Shown piece after piece: positions 51,566 to 64,000 of a stretch of DNA of 64,000 bases (the stretch's first letter is position 1; each line of letters opens with the position of its first letter). Position numbers and translations under genes: made by a program. Source of the DNA: Lama glama (Eukaryota); assembly GCA_028534125.1 (NCBI GenBank), contig CM052817.1, positions 58,220,001 to 58,284,000 on the forward strand, read 5' to 3'. The notes under the pieces are model-generated. The model did no database searches, was not told the origin of the DNA, and saw nothing but the letters and a program-made list of their open reading frames with translations.

Positions 51566-52299
51566 TTTTTAAAAAAAATCTGAAATTACATCCGTGTCTT
51601 GTTTTAAACCACAACTTTCTAGCTACTGTCATTCTGTTATACCACACATAGGAAAAACAAGCACAACACAAAAATGTGCCATCTTTTAATAGAAACTAAA
51701 AATATTTCATCCTGATTACCCTATGAGGACTTGAAGCTTGTTCTTGGTTTTATCCCTAGCATAATCCCTAAGCATTATTTATTCAAGGAATGTTTGTTGA
51801 GTTTAACTTAACTACTTTCTGACTTCATGCTTTCATTTACTCAACGAAAAATACTGAGAGTAAGTATCCCCAAATCCTGAGAAATACTGAGAATATGTTA
51901 TTTAAATCTGGCAATATTGATTTAAATCAGGCAGTGATGGTAACAAAAGCTACCTCCTGTTATACCTATGTTCTTTGCTGTTCAGATACTCCACGTGAGG
52001 AATATATCATATTATTGTGTCCTCATCATACCATAATCCTGATCTAACCACATAAAACAATAAAATAAATTAGTGCAGTGGTTTCTAATTTGTAGATCAT
52101 GCAACCATGCATTCCTGGTGGGCACTTTAGTTTCTCCAAAGGGTCCTGAGTAAAAGCAGTGTCTGTTGAATAAATAACTTGATGTGCACACATGTGCTTT
52201 AGATATAAAATTGGTTGTAATTTTTCATAATAAATCATGTACATTTTTATATAGGCTATAACATGATCCTTTCAGAAAGAAGAGTTCTCTTTTGTAAAA

Positions 52300-53100
52300 C
52301 TCCAGATTAGTGAATCCTATTACTTACCTTCCTCCTGTTGCTCATGCTCAACATCTTGAGCTCATCTTTGCCTGTGTTCCGCTTCTAAGAACTTTCATTC
52401 ACAAACTCTTTTGCTTATTTTGTCATAAGACATTCAGAATCTAAGCTGTTTTAACCATCTATACCACTACCATGTTTTTGGCCCACCTTCTTGGCTGAAT
52501 TATTGCAGTAGCCTCCCCACGCTTCTCCCTACTTCTCTTTTGTTCTTACTCGCTTGTAGTCGATTGTCTTCAAAGCCACTAGAGTCATCCTTTAATATCT
52601 AAATTATATTGTGTTATATCCATTTTTAACATTTTAACAATGGTTTCCCAATCCTTGGGTGAAAAGCAAAGGACTTGCAATGAACAAAATGTCCCTGATG
52701 ATCCTGTTCCTCGCTCTTGCTGTACAATTATCTTCTATTACTCTAGTTTTGGCTTGCTTCGCTAGCTGCTCTATCCTCCCTGGTTTGTCTCCAGCGTGTT
52801 AAGCAGTTTCTCATCTCAGTCTTTTTGCACTCTTGGTTCCAGATGCCTGTACTGCCTTTCTTCCAAATTTCTGCATGATGTCCTCCATAGTTTCCTTAGG
52901 CTTTCTGCTCAAATACCACCTTACTGTTGGGTCATCCTTGACCATTTTATATAGAACATTTTCCTTATCCTCCTGTATCCCCTTCATCTTCCTTTATTTT
53001 TTTTCTTCTTATCATTGTCATATTTTACATATTATGTATTTATTTACCTACTTATTGTTGGCTTCACCCCATATTGGAATAAAAGGCCCTTCAGGGCGTG
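52300..53100 (+). mobile_element. LINE-2 3' region (tail resumes at ~54620-54725)
   Basis: attcagaatct...tattgcagtagcctcc...agagtcatccttta...caatggtttccca...ctgctcaaataccacc. Confidence 0.7.
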
Positions 53101-54528
53101 GATTGATTGATTGATTATTTATTTATTTACTTACTTATTTATTTATTTTCCTCTCTTTTTATTGAAATATAGTTGATTTACAATATTGTGTTAATTTCTG
53201 GTGTACTACTTAGTGACTGATTTATACATTATATATATATTCCTTTTTGTATTCTTTTTCATTATAGGCTATTACAAGGTATTAAATATAGTTCCCAATG
53301 CTATATAGTAGGACTTTGTTGTTTATGTATTTTATATATAGTAGTTAGTATATGCAAATCTCGGACTCTCATTTTATCCCTTCCCATGCCCTTTCTCCCT
53401 GGTAACCATGTTTGTTTTCTATGTCTGTGAATCTGTCTCTATTTTGTAAATAGGTACATTTGTGTCTTTCTTTTTTTTTTTTTTTTGAGATTCCACATTT
53501 AAGTGATATCACATGTATTTTTCTTTCTCTTTCTGGCTTCACTTCACTTAGACTGATGATCTCTAGGTCCACCCATGTTGCTGCAAATGGCATTATTTTA
53601 TTCTTTTTATGGCTGAGTAGTAGTCCTTCTTTATCCAGTCATCTGTTGATGGACAATTAAGTTGTTTCCATGCCTTGGCTTTTGTATATAGTGCTGCTCT
53701 GAACATTGGGGTGCATGTATCTTTTCAAATTAGAGTTTCCTCCAGATATATGGTCAGGAGCAGGATCATTGGATCCTAAAGTAATTCTGGTTTCAGTCTT
53801 TTAAGGAAACTCCATACTGTTTTCCATAATGGCTGCACCAGACTGCATTCCCACCAACAATGTAGGAGCCCTTTTCTCCACACCCTCTCCAGCATTTATT
53901 CTTTGTGTAGGAGCCCTTTTCTCCACACCGTCTTCAGCATTTATTGTTTGTGGAATTTTTACTGATAGCCATTCTGACTGGTATGAAGTGATACTCAGTG
54001 TAGTTTTGATTTGCATTTCTCTGATAATTAGCAATATTGAGCATTTTTCATATGCCTGTTGGCCATTTTATGTCTTCATTGGACAATTGCTTGTTTAGGT
54101 CTTCTGCCCATCTTTTAATTGGGTTGCTTGTTTTTTTGTTATTGAATTGTAAGAGCTGTTTGTATATTCTGAAAATTAAACTCATCAGTTGCATTGTTTG
54201 CAAGTATTTTCTCCCATTCCATAGGTTGTCTTTTCGATTGATTGATTGATTTCCTTTGCTATGCAAAAGCTTATAAGTTTAATTAGGTCCCATTTGTTTA
54301 TTTTGGCTTATATTTCTATTGCCTCAGTAGATTGCCTTAGGTGAATATTGCTATGATTTATATCAGAGAATGTTTTGCCTATATTCTCTTCTAAGAGGTT
54401 TATAGTATCTTGTCTTATGTTTAAGTCTTTAAACCATTTTGAGTTTATTTTTGTGTATGGTCTAATTTCATTGATTTACATGTGATTGTCCAACTTTCCC
54501 AACACCACTATCAAAGAGACTTTCTTTT
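53101..54528 (-). mobile_element. LINE-1, ~1.4 kb, 5'-truncated, with microsatellite-like tail (GATT/TATT)n
   Basis: Minus-strand ORF2 remnants ([32 protein letters not shown]) plus 3' UTR. Confidence 0.92.
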
Positions 54529-54617
54529 AGGGTATAGCGCAGTGGTAGAGTGTATGCTTGGTGTGCACAAGGTCCTGGGTTTAATCCCCAGTGCCTCTAT
54601 TAAGGGGAGATAAAAAA
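54529..54617 (+). mobile_element. Camelid Vic-1-like tRNA-Ala-derived SINE
   Basis: agggtatagcgcagtggtagagtgtatgcttggtgtgcacaaggtcctgggtttaatccccagtgcctc, with degenerate A and B boxes. Confidence 0.85.
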
Positions 54618-57039
54618 GCTAATATTTCCTTATTTTTAATGAAACATCCTCAAGGTCTAGAATGAGATCTTACATGTAAAAGGCATGAAATACATATTAA
54701 ATGAATGGAAGAAGAAGGAATGAAGAACTGAGGAGATTAAGATTTACTAATTCACTGTACCCTTTTGTTGTTTTATACTTCGTCCTCCATGACAATTAAA
54801 AAATCTATCAACTACTACTTTTCTCCTATAACACTTCAGATGGTTTCATGCCACTAAGAACTTGCTAAAACAGACATTTTCTAAATCATTGAATTACGTA
54901 TTAATTTCTCTCTTGGCCGCATAAAAGGAGAATTACTACAAGTGGTACAAGGACTTTTTATATTAAAATATATATATTAATGCATGATTGTAAGGCTCCA
55001 ACTGTATTTGCTTATTCTAAAACAATGATTTACATTTGTCCTCAAGTACTGAAAGCATGGGGAGTTTGACTCCTTTGTTCTTTCATAGTAAATTTCCTAT
55101 ATAATGAGAGAGACCTATGTTTTTAAAAAAGTCCTCAGAAAAAGCTACATTATTACTTAAATTGTTTCTGTCAAATTGAATTTCATTTGTGAATTTGTGT
55201 TGGCTTAAAACATTTAGAAATCAGATGTTTTGGCATAGTTTATAGATTCAGAAAAAATATAACTACAGCAGTTGTAAAACAATGAAAAAAATTAAAAGCT
55301 GTTGAATCAGCTCTGGTGCATATTGCATAATTTGTAATTTTGGACTCTTAGTAATTCAATTAATTTAACATGCCAGCTTTTTCGTGCTTTACAACCTGGC
55401 AATTTCAAGCAATTTAATAGGTTTCCTCTTTTTTATTTCTAACTATTCCCATAAGATTCACAAAGTCTTGGAAATACTAATATCATTCAGAGTACACTTT
55501 CCATTAATTTGAAATTTCCTTGTTAATTGTAGTTATTCATCCATTTCAAAGAGTTATCGACAATATAGCCCAGTGACATTTCTCAGAATGAACATTCAGT
55601 TCATCTTAAAATTAGGTACCAAACTGGAACATTGAAAATCCAGCCAAATTGTTGGATATGTTTAATAACAATAGTTTTGAATACATTTGCAATATATTTT
55701 AATACACATTTTAGCATATGACTTGAAAAGTGCTTGAGACTTGAATGTCAGTTATGGGTTTTCACTGTAAAGAGTTACAATATAATGCAGGAGAAATTGT
55801 ACATACTTCCAAATAGAATATGATTTTGAGAACAATTGCTGTCACATAGGATTGATAATTTTATGCTTTTTCTGAAAATCACTACATTTAAAAGATCAGC
55901 TGAAATATCTATTTTCTCACATATAAATTTTTAACACATCTTTATCCTTGCATTTTGAAGTGAAATCAGTGAAACTATTACTTGATAAAATATTTAGTTC
56001 TATGATCTAATAAGGATTTCATTAACTTCTTCCTGGATGAAAAATATCTCTTGTTTGTATTTATCTTCAAACTTGACTAAGTTTAGAAAATACGTAAATC
56101 AGATTAGGATACCTAATAGATAACACAGCAAGTAAATTTTTTACTTTCTGTAGTGTATAAATCCACAAGGAGCAATTTCTAGTATAATATTCTTTTGATA
56201 AAATTATTAAGAGAATTAAAAATTATTTTTTACATTTTCCCAAGGATGCCAAATATTATACTTGCTACTATATTTGTTTTTACTAGTTTAGATAAGTCAA
56301 ATAAGATAGCCAATCTTCTATAACATTAATTTTGCCTATTCATTTACATTTACATTGCACTGTATTTTATGGTCAATGGATTAAAAAAAAACTTTAACTT
56401 GTTAGCATGACTATTAGGCTGTTTAAACACTGATTTCAGTTTCTTTTTTTACTAGGCTCAACCTGACATTATTATACCAAATAAAGTTAATAAACACTCT
56501 TTTCTTTGGGAATAATATAGTTGACCTGAATCTGCTCTAATCATGAAGATTAAATGAGACTGAGAAATAATAGATGTGAAAGAAACTTCATATATATTGG
56601 AGCATATTTTACTATGGAATACTTATATGCATAAAAAAGGCAATAAAACACTTCTGTAGCAATTAATAGGTATAATTTTAAAATCTAAGGATTTGGTAGA
56701 ATAATAATTAACTGGCACTGATCTGTTCTTGGGGTCACCTCCCCTTGAAGTACTAAAAAATTTGGTTTATCTTTAGTTCCAGAAGAAATTATTGGACACC
56801 CTCTAACAAAGTGACACAGCAAATCGTCTTCTTTTAAATGCAGTCATCGTGTAAGCCCTGGATTTAAGATGAGAGGTGAAACGGGGAGGTACACCAAGGG
56901 AAAGCATGAATCTTCTAGTTTCTTTAGACCTAGAAAGATAACTTTCAGCTGGGAATGGATACGAACACTTGGAATGATCTGGGAATCTAATACTTTTGTG
57001 GGAATAGAATGAATTGATACCATGGCCTATATGAGGATT

Positions 57040-58330
57040 CCCACTCTTGTTCTATTCTTATCACCACCTGCCTTGTAATGTCACATGTCTTTTTATCATC
57101 TTGCTCTCCATATCTCATTTCAAGTCTTTGAGACATTGATTATGGCCACCTCTACCCCATCCTCTATTTCAGAAGGAAATTTTGCATACCTTTCTTTCCA
57201 CAGAGAAAATGGAGATTATGGGATTTAAACTCACTTAATGTACCATATTACTTCCTACATATAAATCTGTATATAATTGCATTCAGCATCATTTCTTTCA
57301 TCCCAGTCTTGAAAGAAAGTGCATTTGTCAAGAATCTTGTTTACAAATGAAAGAAACATAGTACTGAATATCTTTCTGCCACCCAGCTTCTCATCTTCCC
57401 TTCATATGCAGTTACCCTAAAATCCTTCAGTTTCTTACCAGCCAGTAAGTTTTCAACAGATTCCAGCACTTTATAGAAACTTCTCCTACTAAGGATGCCC
57501 ATAGTTTTCTAATTGTCGCTATTGGTGGACTTTATTATCCTTCTCTTCTTTGTAATTTTATATTGTTAATTATTTCCTTATCCTTAAAACACACTATTTG
57601 GCTTCCAAACCATTTATCCTTTCTTCTTATTCTCTTGCTCATTTCTTCTCAATTTCTGTTGCTAATGCCTTTTCCTTAAGTGTGAATATCTCCAGTTCTA
57701 GGCATCGATCTTCTTTTTCAATGCATTTTTTCTGAATGATTTAATCCACTGAACTGTTAGTTAATGACAATATAATCTTTATTTTCAGATCAGTTTCCTT
57801 AACAGGATGACCCCCAGGAATGTCACCTTTGATATGTTCAAAATGGATCATTCTCATTATCTTGCAGACTTTTTCTCTTCTCCGATATCCTCGAGGCCCT
57901 TATCAGCTCACTTACCAAAGTCTTTCCCATTCCCTTTTAAATATCGAGTTTTATTAGTACAGCTTCTTAATTAGCAATTCATACTGTTCTCGCCATTCTC
58001 ACTATCATTATGTGAATTCAGGCTATGCAATAAGTAGTAACAACTTATATACCATAATTGTGATAACCTTCAAACTGGACTCAATACTTAAGTTTTTTAG
58101 CAGATCAGCTATAATATATTATCACAATATTGTCACATATATGAAAATCATACCCAGCCAAATTATTTGAATCCCAATTAAATTCATTTTGCCTTGTATT
58201 CCCTTATCCTTATGCCTAGAATATTCTTGACATACAAATAATTTATCTATCTTATATATGTGAAGACTTAACTCATGGGTCTTCTCCCAAAGTACTATGT
58301 TCTGTACATGTGATCTATTCAGTGTGATCA
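57040..58330 (+). mobile_element. Highly degenerate LINE-2 fragments
   Basis: cacagagaaaatggag, ctcctactaagg...ctaattg, ttggcttcc, tatgttcaaaatgga and pyrimidine bias. Confidence 0.4.
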
Positions 58331-60499
58331 TTGAAGTATATTTAGAACTGTATAAACAATCCTAAAATTTAATTCATATTTTATACGGTTTAGTCAGTTA
58401 TATATTTCTTATCACCATGTAGATGTCTTGTCTTTATACACGATGGTAAAATTATGAATATTTATATTCACTTTGTTTGAGGCATTTTATGTAATCATGT
58501 GGTATAGTAATAATAGGTCAAGTGTCAGTGAAAGCTTAGATTACACTCAACGTAATTCACTAAAGATCAAGACTTACTTTGAATACTAAATCGGAAAGCT
58601 TTTTAACTTTGAATGCTTGCCATTATCAAGTAATGCTTCATTTTTCATTTGTCTAAATTTGAAAAGAGCTTTTAAGTGCTTGATGAAATTTTATTTGAAA
58701 ATATCAAAATGGTCATGATTTAGCATTAGTCACAAATGTGTGTAAGTGTGTGTGTTCCTGTTTGTAGCATACCTCAGAAATAATACATTATGATACTTGC
58801 ATGCATATGAATACAAGTTATGTTAGAAAACATTGTTCTGTGACCTGGTAATGAAAATACAAAGAACTGTTGTAATTTTCATATTTATTCTTAATGATAT
58901 TCCATCTTATTAATAAAATACGATAATGTCAATAATCAGTAACTCTGAAAAAATCACTTAAATTCTTTCTAAATAGCCTTTAATTCAGACTATAGTAGAC
59001 AATATAATTACTTTAAAAAGAAAAAACTAAAAATTCTGCTGTGTAATGTAGATCAGATTTTATAGGAATGTTTGTATGCCATCCAAAAGTGACTATCAAG
59101 CTGTTTTGTTATCTAGTAATTTGAGAGAATGTATTTTTCTTCCTATAATACTGTAGCTCCGATCTTTTTGAAAGATCTTTAAAAAAGGGTTTATTTTTGT
59201 TTATATGTTTATCACTTAATTCTTTGTTTAGTTAGTTTTTCTACCCATGATTAAATACATTATGGAATCTTTAAAAAGGATAATTGGAATATGCAAAAGC
59301 AGTAATATTAGTACACATTTGTCTAGGACTTTTTTTCTTGTTTATCAGGCTGCAAACCTAGGAAAAACTAATTTTATTTTGGGATAAAATACTATACAGT
59401 TTTAAAAATATTCAGTGATAAGTGATAAGTATTAGCATCTTTTAAAAAAATTTTCATTGGTACATTAGAGTGAGCTTTTTAATGTCCTTTATGGGGACAA
59501 TAGGGTTATTGCATCAGTTGTCTAGCTGGTTCTTTTAATCTGGGTCTTTTTTCACCATAAACTATTGTTCTTATTACTGACAGGCAAGTCTTTCTAAACC
59601 AATGTATTCATCATAACTCTCAACTGTATTTTATCTCTCTGGAATATGTGTTCATATAGATTTTTATGTCTTTTTTTTCTATTAATCTCTGAGCTTATAG
59701 AAAGCAGAAATCAATTTTATTTGTCTGTATGGCCAATATTATATTTGATGTTTAGTACATGTGAGGTAGTGACTTTCAAAGCGTAAGTTCCAGTTTTAAT
59801 AAAATCATAATGATTTCCTTCTAACATAAAATCGAGGACAAGCTATGAAGAATTCCCTCTTGTGTACCTAAGAGTCAGAAAGCTGTCTCTCTGAATTGGG
59901 GAATAGAAAAGGTGAAATTTAAATTATGAAAGCATATTGGCTTTCCAGCTTTAGATTATCACTTATCTAGTAGGCATAACTTTATTCTTCTAAATCATAT
60001 ATTATAGTTTCATTTGTTCATTCAACAGATATTAATGTATGCAAAGCACTAAGGTAGATATTTGGCAAAGTAAATGTGAAATATAGAAAGTCTACTCTTT
60101 AGATTTCTAGTCATATAGTCTTAGTAGTCAGAAGATATTAGAAATAATGAAGTAGTAAAGTAGTTAAACAAAAGCATATGTGAGTCATTGCTTAAAAAAT
60201 AGAATGGAAACTGTAGCATATGATTCTAGAGTCCACTTTCCCAGCTTGTTTCCCGGTACTGGTCTCTAATTTTACTGAAATATCTTTCATTTCTCAGCAT
60301 GCCATCCTCTTATTTATATATGCCTATTACCTCATCTGTGCTTTTTCTTCCTTTATAAAACTTTCTTCTTTTGAATTCTTTACACTTATCTGTGAGATAG
60401 TCTGATTTTCTTTTCAGACTGTTTCTGTATGCTTTCTGAAAAACTCCTTGTCTTCTAGGGCACATTGTGTGAACCTCTAATAGTGTTTAACTCTATTAA

Positions 60500-60725
60500 T
60501 TGTAACAGTAACTAACATTCATTGAGCTCTCACTATGTTCTGGTCCTATGCTCAGAGCTGTTCCAGCATCATCATGTATAACCATAAAAACCATTATGAG
60601 GCACATCCTTCATTCACATGAGGCAAATGAGGTTTAGCGAGCTTAAGTAATTTGTTCAAGTTACCATAGATGGTGAGGATTAAAAATGGTGAACTGTCTC
60701 AATCCAAAGCCCATAAACATAAACA
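60500..60725 (-). mobile_element. MIR SINE
   Basis: actaacattcattgagctctcactatg...atgaggcaaatgaggtttagcgagcttaagtaatttgttcaag. Confidence 0.7.
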
Positions 60726-61169
60726 CTCCTCCATATTGTCTCCAAAGATGCACAGACAGACAGTTCTGCTCTCTTATTGTACTTTTAGCTCCTGGAAGAT
60801 AGAGACTATCTCATTTCAAGTTTTAAAACAAAATTGCCTCATTCAGGGCGCATTCAGGCATGCCACATAGTAGATGATCAGTCAATACTGAATTAATGAA
60901 TAAGTTAATATATCAAATAATACATGTTAGAGGGGTCACTCCAGGGTAAAGGGAATAAAGCAGTCTTATAGAGAAGATGAGAGTAAACTGAGCATTGAAA
61001 TACGTACACGGGCAAAAGAGAGAGATTAACCCTGCAGACTATCGGGAGGGTAACAACAGAATCATGAGAGAATTCTTAGAATTCTGGCAATACTTAGGAA
61101 AAAGCTGAGGTTTCTCATTACAAAGAGAAACAAGGCAATATATTATACATATGCATATACATAAATAGT

Positions 61170-61800
61170 GATGTAATCTTACTCATGATTATTAACATTG
61201 TTCTGAAGATACGTGCCAATGTAATTTGATGAAATAAAGAAATAAGTATTTGAAAGGGAGCAGGAAAACTGAAGAGAGTTATTTAAAAACGATAAAAACA
61301 AAAACAAAATAGAATTCAATTAATGTGGCAATATAATATACTAATAGAAATAATTTAATTGCCTTCCTATATTCCAGTAAATACTATTTGGAAGATAAAT
61401 TGGAAGTAAATACTCCATTGAAAATAGCACCAAAAATAATAAAATTCTTAAACTGTACATTAAATATGTAAGATGGTTTAAAGAAAATTAGAAATGTTTG
61501 TGGTATACCCACACACAAATCTTGAAGAAATGTAATAGTAGTAGACCATAATCCTGGATAAGAAGAATCAGTTTCTTAAAGATGTTAAATTTCTCCAACT
61601 TAATGTATAAATTGATTTCATTTCAATAAATATCAATTGGGTTTTTTAAAAAATTGTAACAGATGATTTATAACACTTAGGAGAAAATGAACAAATAAGA
61701 TAAGCCAGGAAGCTTTGGAAAAGTAAGAATAGTAAGGAGCTACTAGTCCAATCAGATGTTAAAGCATATAAAACTACAATAATTAAAAGGGATGCTATTG
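61170..61800 (+). mobile_element. Ancient L1M ORF2 fragment
   Basis: aacattgttctgaag...aattgccttcctatat...tcctggataagaaga...aaaagtaagaatag...aactacaataattaaaa. Confidence 0.6.
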
Positions 61801-61822
61801 TAACAAATTTTAAAGTATATTG

Positions 61823-61991
61823 CATAGTAACTCTATATCTAGTTTTTTAAGGGACCTCCATACTGTTTGCCATAGTGGCTGCACCAGTTTACATTCCCAC
61901 CAACAGGAGGGTTCCCTTTTCTCCACACCCTCTCCAGCATTTATTATTTGTATACTTTTTAATGGTAGCCACTCTGACCAGTGTGAGGTGC
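61823..61991 (-). mobile_element. Short internal LINE-1 ORF2 C-terminal fragment
   Basis: acctccatactgtt..catagtggctgcaccagtttacattcccaccaacag...ctctgaccagtgtgaggtg. Confidence 0.85.
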
Positions 61992-62278
61992 TTACTTAGC
62001 CCAACTGAAGGGAGCTTGATGGACCTGAATATCAGATTTGAAAGTGGAATTGCTGAACCTTGTCTGGACAAACAACAGTATACAGAAGTTCTTCATGTGG
62101 TGAAAGAGGAAAATCAAAGACTGGTGAGATTAGTACTAATGCTGGAACAATAACCTCTTTCCAGAAATGTTCTCAGAGAACATGGACCATGCATGCCCAA
62201 GACTCACAGTCAGCAACTGAGCCTTCTGGACACTCCACAGTGCTGAGACAGCACTGAGAGCATTCAAGAGTTGAGGCA

Positions 62279-63010
62279 CAAAAGGGAACCCTCCTACACT
62301 GTTGGTGGGAATGCAGTTTATGCAGCCATTGTGGAAAACAGAATGGAGATTCCTCAAAAGACTAAAAATAGATTTACCATATAACCCAGCAATCCCACTC
62401 CTGGGCATATATCCAGAAGGAACCCTAATTCAAAAACACCTGTACACCAATGTTCCTAGCGACACTATTTACAATAGCCAAGACATGGAAACAACCTAAA
62501 TGTCCATCAACAGATGACTGGATAAAGAAGATGTGGTATATTTATACAGTGGAATACTACTTAGCCATAAAAATGACAACATAATGCCATTTGCAGCAAC
62601 ATGGATGTCCCTGGAGAATGTCTTTCTGAGTGAAGTAAGCCAGAAAGAGAAGAAAAAATAACATATGATATCACTCATACATGGAATCAAAAAAAAAAAA
62701 AAGACAAATGAACATATATATAAAAGAGAAACAGACTCACAAACATAGAATACAGACTTGTGGTTGCCGGGGGGAGGGGTGTGGGAAGGGATAAACTGTG
62801 AGTTGGAGCTTTGCAGATACTGACTGGTACATATAAAATAGATAAACAAGTTTATACTGTATAGCACAGGGAAATATATTCAATATCTTGTAGTAGCTCA
62901 TGGTGAAAAAATACAAAATGAATATATGTATATTCATGTACGACTGAAGAATTATGCTGTACACCAGAAAGTGACACGTTGTAAACTGACTATAACTCAA
63001 TTGAAAAAAA
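62279..63010 (+). mobile_element. Lineage-specific LINE-1, 5'-truncated, with TSD
   Basis: aaagggaaccctcctacactgttggtggg through tgtaaactgactataactcaattgaaaaaaa. 13-bp TSD aagagttgaggca at 62266-62278 and 63011-63023. Confidence 0.93.
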
Positions 63011-63089
63011 AAGAGTTGAGGCAAATTTCCCAATTGCTCTTAAGCCTTTATTATTATCATTATCATTATCATTATTATTGTTACTACTA

Positions 63090-63560
63090 ATTTAAAGCTA
63101 AATAAAATTCATAAATATTGAATCAAGAAATATATTGTAAAGCTACAGAAATTAAAGTTTGATACTGGAGCATGTAGTCAATTAGATGAATGAACAAAAT
63201 AAAAATCAAGTAGCAGATCCAAATATACAGAACATTTCAGTATATAATAAAGGTAGCATTTGTAATCAGTGGGCAAAGATAAATCAGTAAGTAGTTTTGG
63301 ATGTACTGTATCATCTAGAAAAAAAATTGAAGTTGTATCTCTCCTTTGTCACATTTTATACCAAAATTAATTCCACAGAGTAAGCAAAACACAAAGCCAT
63401 AAAAGAGCTGTAAGAAAACACATAAAATTTGTGTTTAAAGATTTGTGTTCTAAAAAAAATTCAATCTCAAGATTGGAGAGATTTTTCTAATTATATCACA
63501 TACTTGAAGAAATAAAATGTAATAAATATGAACACATACAAATAGAACAGAACTCCACTT
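63090..63560 (+). mobile_element. Ancient L1M ORF2 fragment (probable continuation of 61170-61800)
   Basis: aaagctacagaaattaaa...gatccaaatatac...taaaggtagcatt..aatcagtggg...ataccaaaattaattcca. Confidence 0.6.
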
Positions 63561-64000
63561 GTAATAATAACATAGCAAAAAAATAACATCCAGAAAATAC
63601 TAATCAAACTAAAAAAAAAACCCAAGTTTTTCAGTGTTTATGTCCACCTACCATTTGTGGGAATGAAAAAAAAAAGAATATATTTATATATATTATTGAA
63701 TGAAAACAAACAGAGAGGTAGCAATGATTGACTCTGGAGGAAAAATGAATTTCTCTGTGGCAAGAGTAGGAATGAAATACACTTTTCCCTCTCTCTCTAT
63801 ATATATATCCTTTTGCATATTCTGAGTTGGGTGCTATGTCTATATTTTATCTTTAGATAAGAAATTATGCATACAAATTACTTAATTGTAATACATGAAA
63901 ATGTTAGTGTGTATCTTGTGACAGATCTGTCCATAAAATGAAACCATTTGGTTTTCATTTATACTTTTTGCTTTTTTATCTTTTTCAGTGGAAAGACCAT

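Noticed and set aside
54529..54600. Functional tRNA-Ala gene (also 29960-30040)
   Set aside because: Boxes and stems are degenerate and there is an A-rich tail, with a TSD in the other copy. These are SINEs, not tRNAs.
1..64000. CRISPR array, prokaryote-type system, CpG-island promoter or additional CCSER1 exons
   Set aside because: No regularly spaced repeat-spacer array, no CpG island and no further exon I could support. The promoter and later exons appear to lie outside the window.

Overview
AT-rich, CpG-poor mammalian genomic DNA, most likely from a camelid (alpaca or camel), judged from two Vic-1-like tRNA-Ala-derived SINEs and cetartiodactyl-type L1 3' ends. The window lies inside the very large CCSER1 (FAM190A) gene on the + strand. 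It holds the first coding exon (22822-24186, ATG at 22863) and the next exon (27897-28081), which splice in frame. Everything else is intron, filled with L1, L2, MIR, MaLR/ERVL LTR and DNA-transposon relics, microsatellites and one 500-N assembly gap. I found no convincing novel biological system. The observations most worth following up are: a strong CTCF site with its upstream module; an SxIP-like SRLP motif at the CCSER1 N-terminus; two 5'-inverted L1 insertions (one young and spanning the gap, one lacking its 3' end); an L1/SINE head-to-head composite; and an unidentified ~300 bp sequence fused to an L1 fragment. Repeat family names come from pattern recognition, not a database search. Repeat boundaries without TSDs are approximate.
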